A stretch of 64,000 bases of DNA from Turneriella sp. (lineage in GTDB: Bacteria; Spirochaetota; Leptospiria; Turneriellales; Turneriellaceae): NCBI GenBank assembly GCA_965279515.1, contig CBDIID010000003.1:384001-448000 (forward strand), given 5' to 3'. Position numbers and translations under genes: made by a program. The notes under the pieces were generated by a model. The model saw only the letters and a program-made list of their open reading frames with translations. It was not told where the DNA came from and did no database searches. Positions 62,610 to 64,000 of the stretch are shown here, piece by piece. Within the stretch, counting starts at the first letter, position 1. Every line of letters starts with the position of its first letter.

Positions 62610-63284
62610 TCAATCGTATGTTACGCTGAACACAACGCCTGCGTAAAAATTCGAAATGGTACTATTGTTAAACGGTGCCGGACCGGTATCGGCGACCTGA
62701 CCATAGTAGACTATGGCCGATACACCCAGGCTCAGGCGCGGTGAAACCGCAAACTCCTGTCCCGCCAGCAGGTGGCTGCCCCAGCCATGGCGTGTATAAG
62801 TGCTGACGCTGGAGTCATAGACACTGTATCGATAGTGACTCTGTGCAATGGAAGCGCCTAGTGATAGATACTGACCACCCTTGAGATAATACGCGGCACC
62901 CAGACCTAAATCGAAAATAGTTTGCATACTGTAGACAGTTTCGATATTGAGATTCGTCGTTTTTGCTGACGGCTTGGGCGCAAGGGCCAACCCCGTAAAA
63001 CCAAAGACTTTAAAAGACTTATTCAGCGATCCGCCAACATAGAGGTAGCCAAGGCCGCTGACAGCCGAAAAAGACAGCTTCATATCTTCAGCAGTTTCTG
63101 AAACCGATGTATAGGCACCACCAGCCAGGGCTTTTATGTAGATGCTCTCACCTTGCAAAGCCTCCAGACGGGGAGCCGCAAGACTGATGAGAGTCAGGGG
63201 GATGGCTATTTTCAGGCGGTGTAGCACGGTCTTTGTCTTATTATCGACGGTTTCGGGAATACATTCACGACAACCCGGAAGCAA
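62610..63284 (-). CDS. Hypothetical outer-membrane beta-barrel-like protein (start probably downstream)
   Basis: Signal-like segment, alternating Gly/aromatic strands, C-terminal FSVTYD. Confidence 0.55.
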   Translation of the reverse strand: MLPGCRECIPETVDNKTKTVLHRLKIAIPLTLISLAAPRLEALQGESIYIKALAGGAYTSVSETAEDMKLSFSAVSGLGYLYVGGSLNKSFKVFGFTGLALAPKPSAKTTNLNIETVYSMQTIFDLGLGAAYYLKGGQYLSLGASIAQSHYRYSVYDSSVSTYTRHGWGSHLLAGQEFAVSPRLSLGVSAIVYYGQVADTGPAPFNNSTISNFYAGVVFSVTYD

Positions 63285-63348
63285 CTAATGAGCAAACTGC
63301 TCATTTGTTGTCGCCGTGTATAGGATTTTTCTCCCGTCAGGAAACTAT

Positions 63349-63837
63349 ATGCGAAAAATAGAGCAGAACGTCTTCCCACGTTGGGAACGACTGTCTACTG
63401 AACTGGGGTTCGACCAGGCCTTCGAGCATTTCGCCCCCTACGTGGGTGCCAACGTAAAGATCCATACCATCGACCGCTACACGGTTGAATCGTCGATGGC
63501 GCTCATTGAAACCAATACCAACTATGTCGGCACGCATTTCGGCGGTTCGCTGTATTCGATGTGCGATCCCTTCTTTATGTTTATTCTCATGGAGAATCTC
63601 GGCAAAGAGTATATCGTCTGGGACAAGGCGGCTGCCATTGAATTTGTGAAACCTGGCACCGGAACGGTGACGGCGCGTTTCCATATTCCTGCAGAAGAGT
63701 TTGATGCCTTGAGATCAGAGCTCGCAAAAGTGCGTAAGCTCGATCGGATTTATCAGTGTGAAGTGAAGGATGAAACCGGGGCTGTTGTGGCGAAGATGAC
63801 CAAGACTTTGTACATCCGCCTTATGAAAAAATCGTAG
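63349..63837 (+). CDS. DUF4442/YiiD-like hotdog-fold protein
   Basis: 'NYVGTHFGGSLYSMCDPF', 'IVWDK...EFVKPG'. Confidence 0.85.
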   Translation: MRKIEQNVFPRWERLSTELGFDQAFEHFAPYVGANVKIHTIDRYTVESSMALIETNTNYVGTHFGGSLYSMCDPFFMFILMENLGKEYIVWDKAAAIEFVKPGTGTVTARFHIPAEEFDALRSELAKVRKLDRIYQCEVKDETGAVVAKMTKTLYIRLMKKS

Positions 63838-63871
63838 GTTATGTCTGAAGCATGATGCCTTAGACATAACC
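63837..63871. terminator. Inverted repeat between convergent genes
   Basis: ggttatgtct...agacataacc. Confidence 0.5.
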
Positions 63872-63889
63872 CGACGAATCTAAGTTTGC

Positions 63890-64000
63890 TTAGCGTGAGC
63901 CGTAAAAACTTTTTACGCCTTCGTTTCTTACTACCAGGAAGAGTACCAGTAAAGGGTACAGCAAACCGATAGCTAAACCTGTAATCTGAGCACCGATGAA
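63890..64000 (-). CDS. C-terminus of a membrane protein entering from beyond the window
   Basis: Hand translation ...FIGAQITGLAIGLLYPLLVLFLVVRNEGVKSFYGSR*. Confidence 0.5.
   Translation of the reverse strand, partial: FIGAQITGLAIGLLYPLLVLFLVVRNEGVKSFYGSR

Overview
Gene-dense 64 kb bacterial chromosomal window. It is most likely from a Leptospiraceae (Turneriella/Leptonema-like) spirochete. This is an inference from the Leptospira-style SpoIIE protein ('QEGDYFLTDLLLRPL'), the PD40-OmpA protein and many lipoproteins. The window has four blocks. (1) 1-14.9 kb: signalling and miscellaneous genes (PhnD-like binding protein plus HAMP-PP2C phosphatase, MASE1 hybrid kinase, thiC, OmpA, a 7-repeat propeller lipoprotein, a small catalase-like protein, a Glu/Leu/Phe/Val dehydrogenase). 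(2) 14.9-26.1 kb: a sulfur-assimilation locus (cysK, outer-membrane porin, two sulfate-binding proteins, cysT/W/A, XRE-cupin regulator, metY, two YeeE/YedE proteins). (3) 32.6-57.9 kb: an aryl-polyene (APE)-type type II PKS cluster with an ammonia-lyase, a halogenase-like flavoprotein, its own FabD and PPTase, and a 1947-aa single-chain BC-BCCP-CT carboxylase. (4) A gamma-glutamylation (probably ethanolamine) catabolic gene set, split in two by block 3. The most novel-looking signal is a pair of Cys-rich short leader ORFs, not called as such in the ORF track. One lies before cysK and one, with five consecutive Cys codons, lies before the porin-sbp-cysTWA genes. The downstream porin and Sbp1 contain no Cys and no internal Met, and CysK contains no Cys. 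Together these suggest a ribosome-based cysteine-sensing attenuation system. No rRNA, tRNA, CRISPR array, transposase or integrase was seen. All calls are by eye from motifs; no database searches were run.
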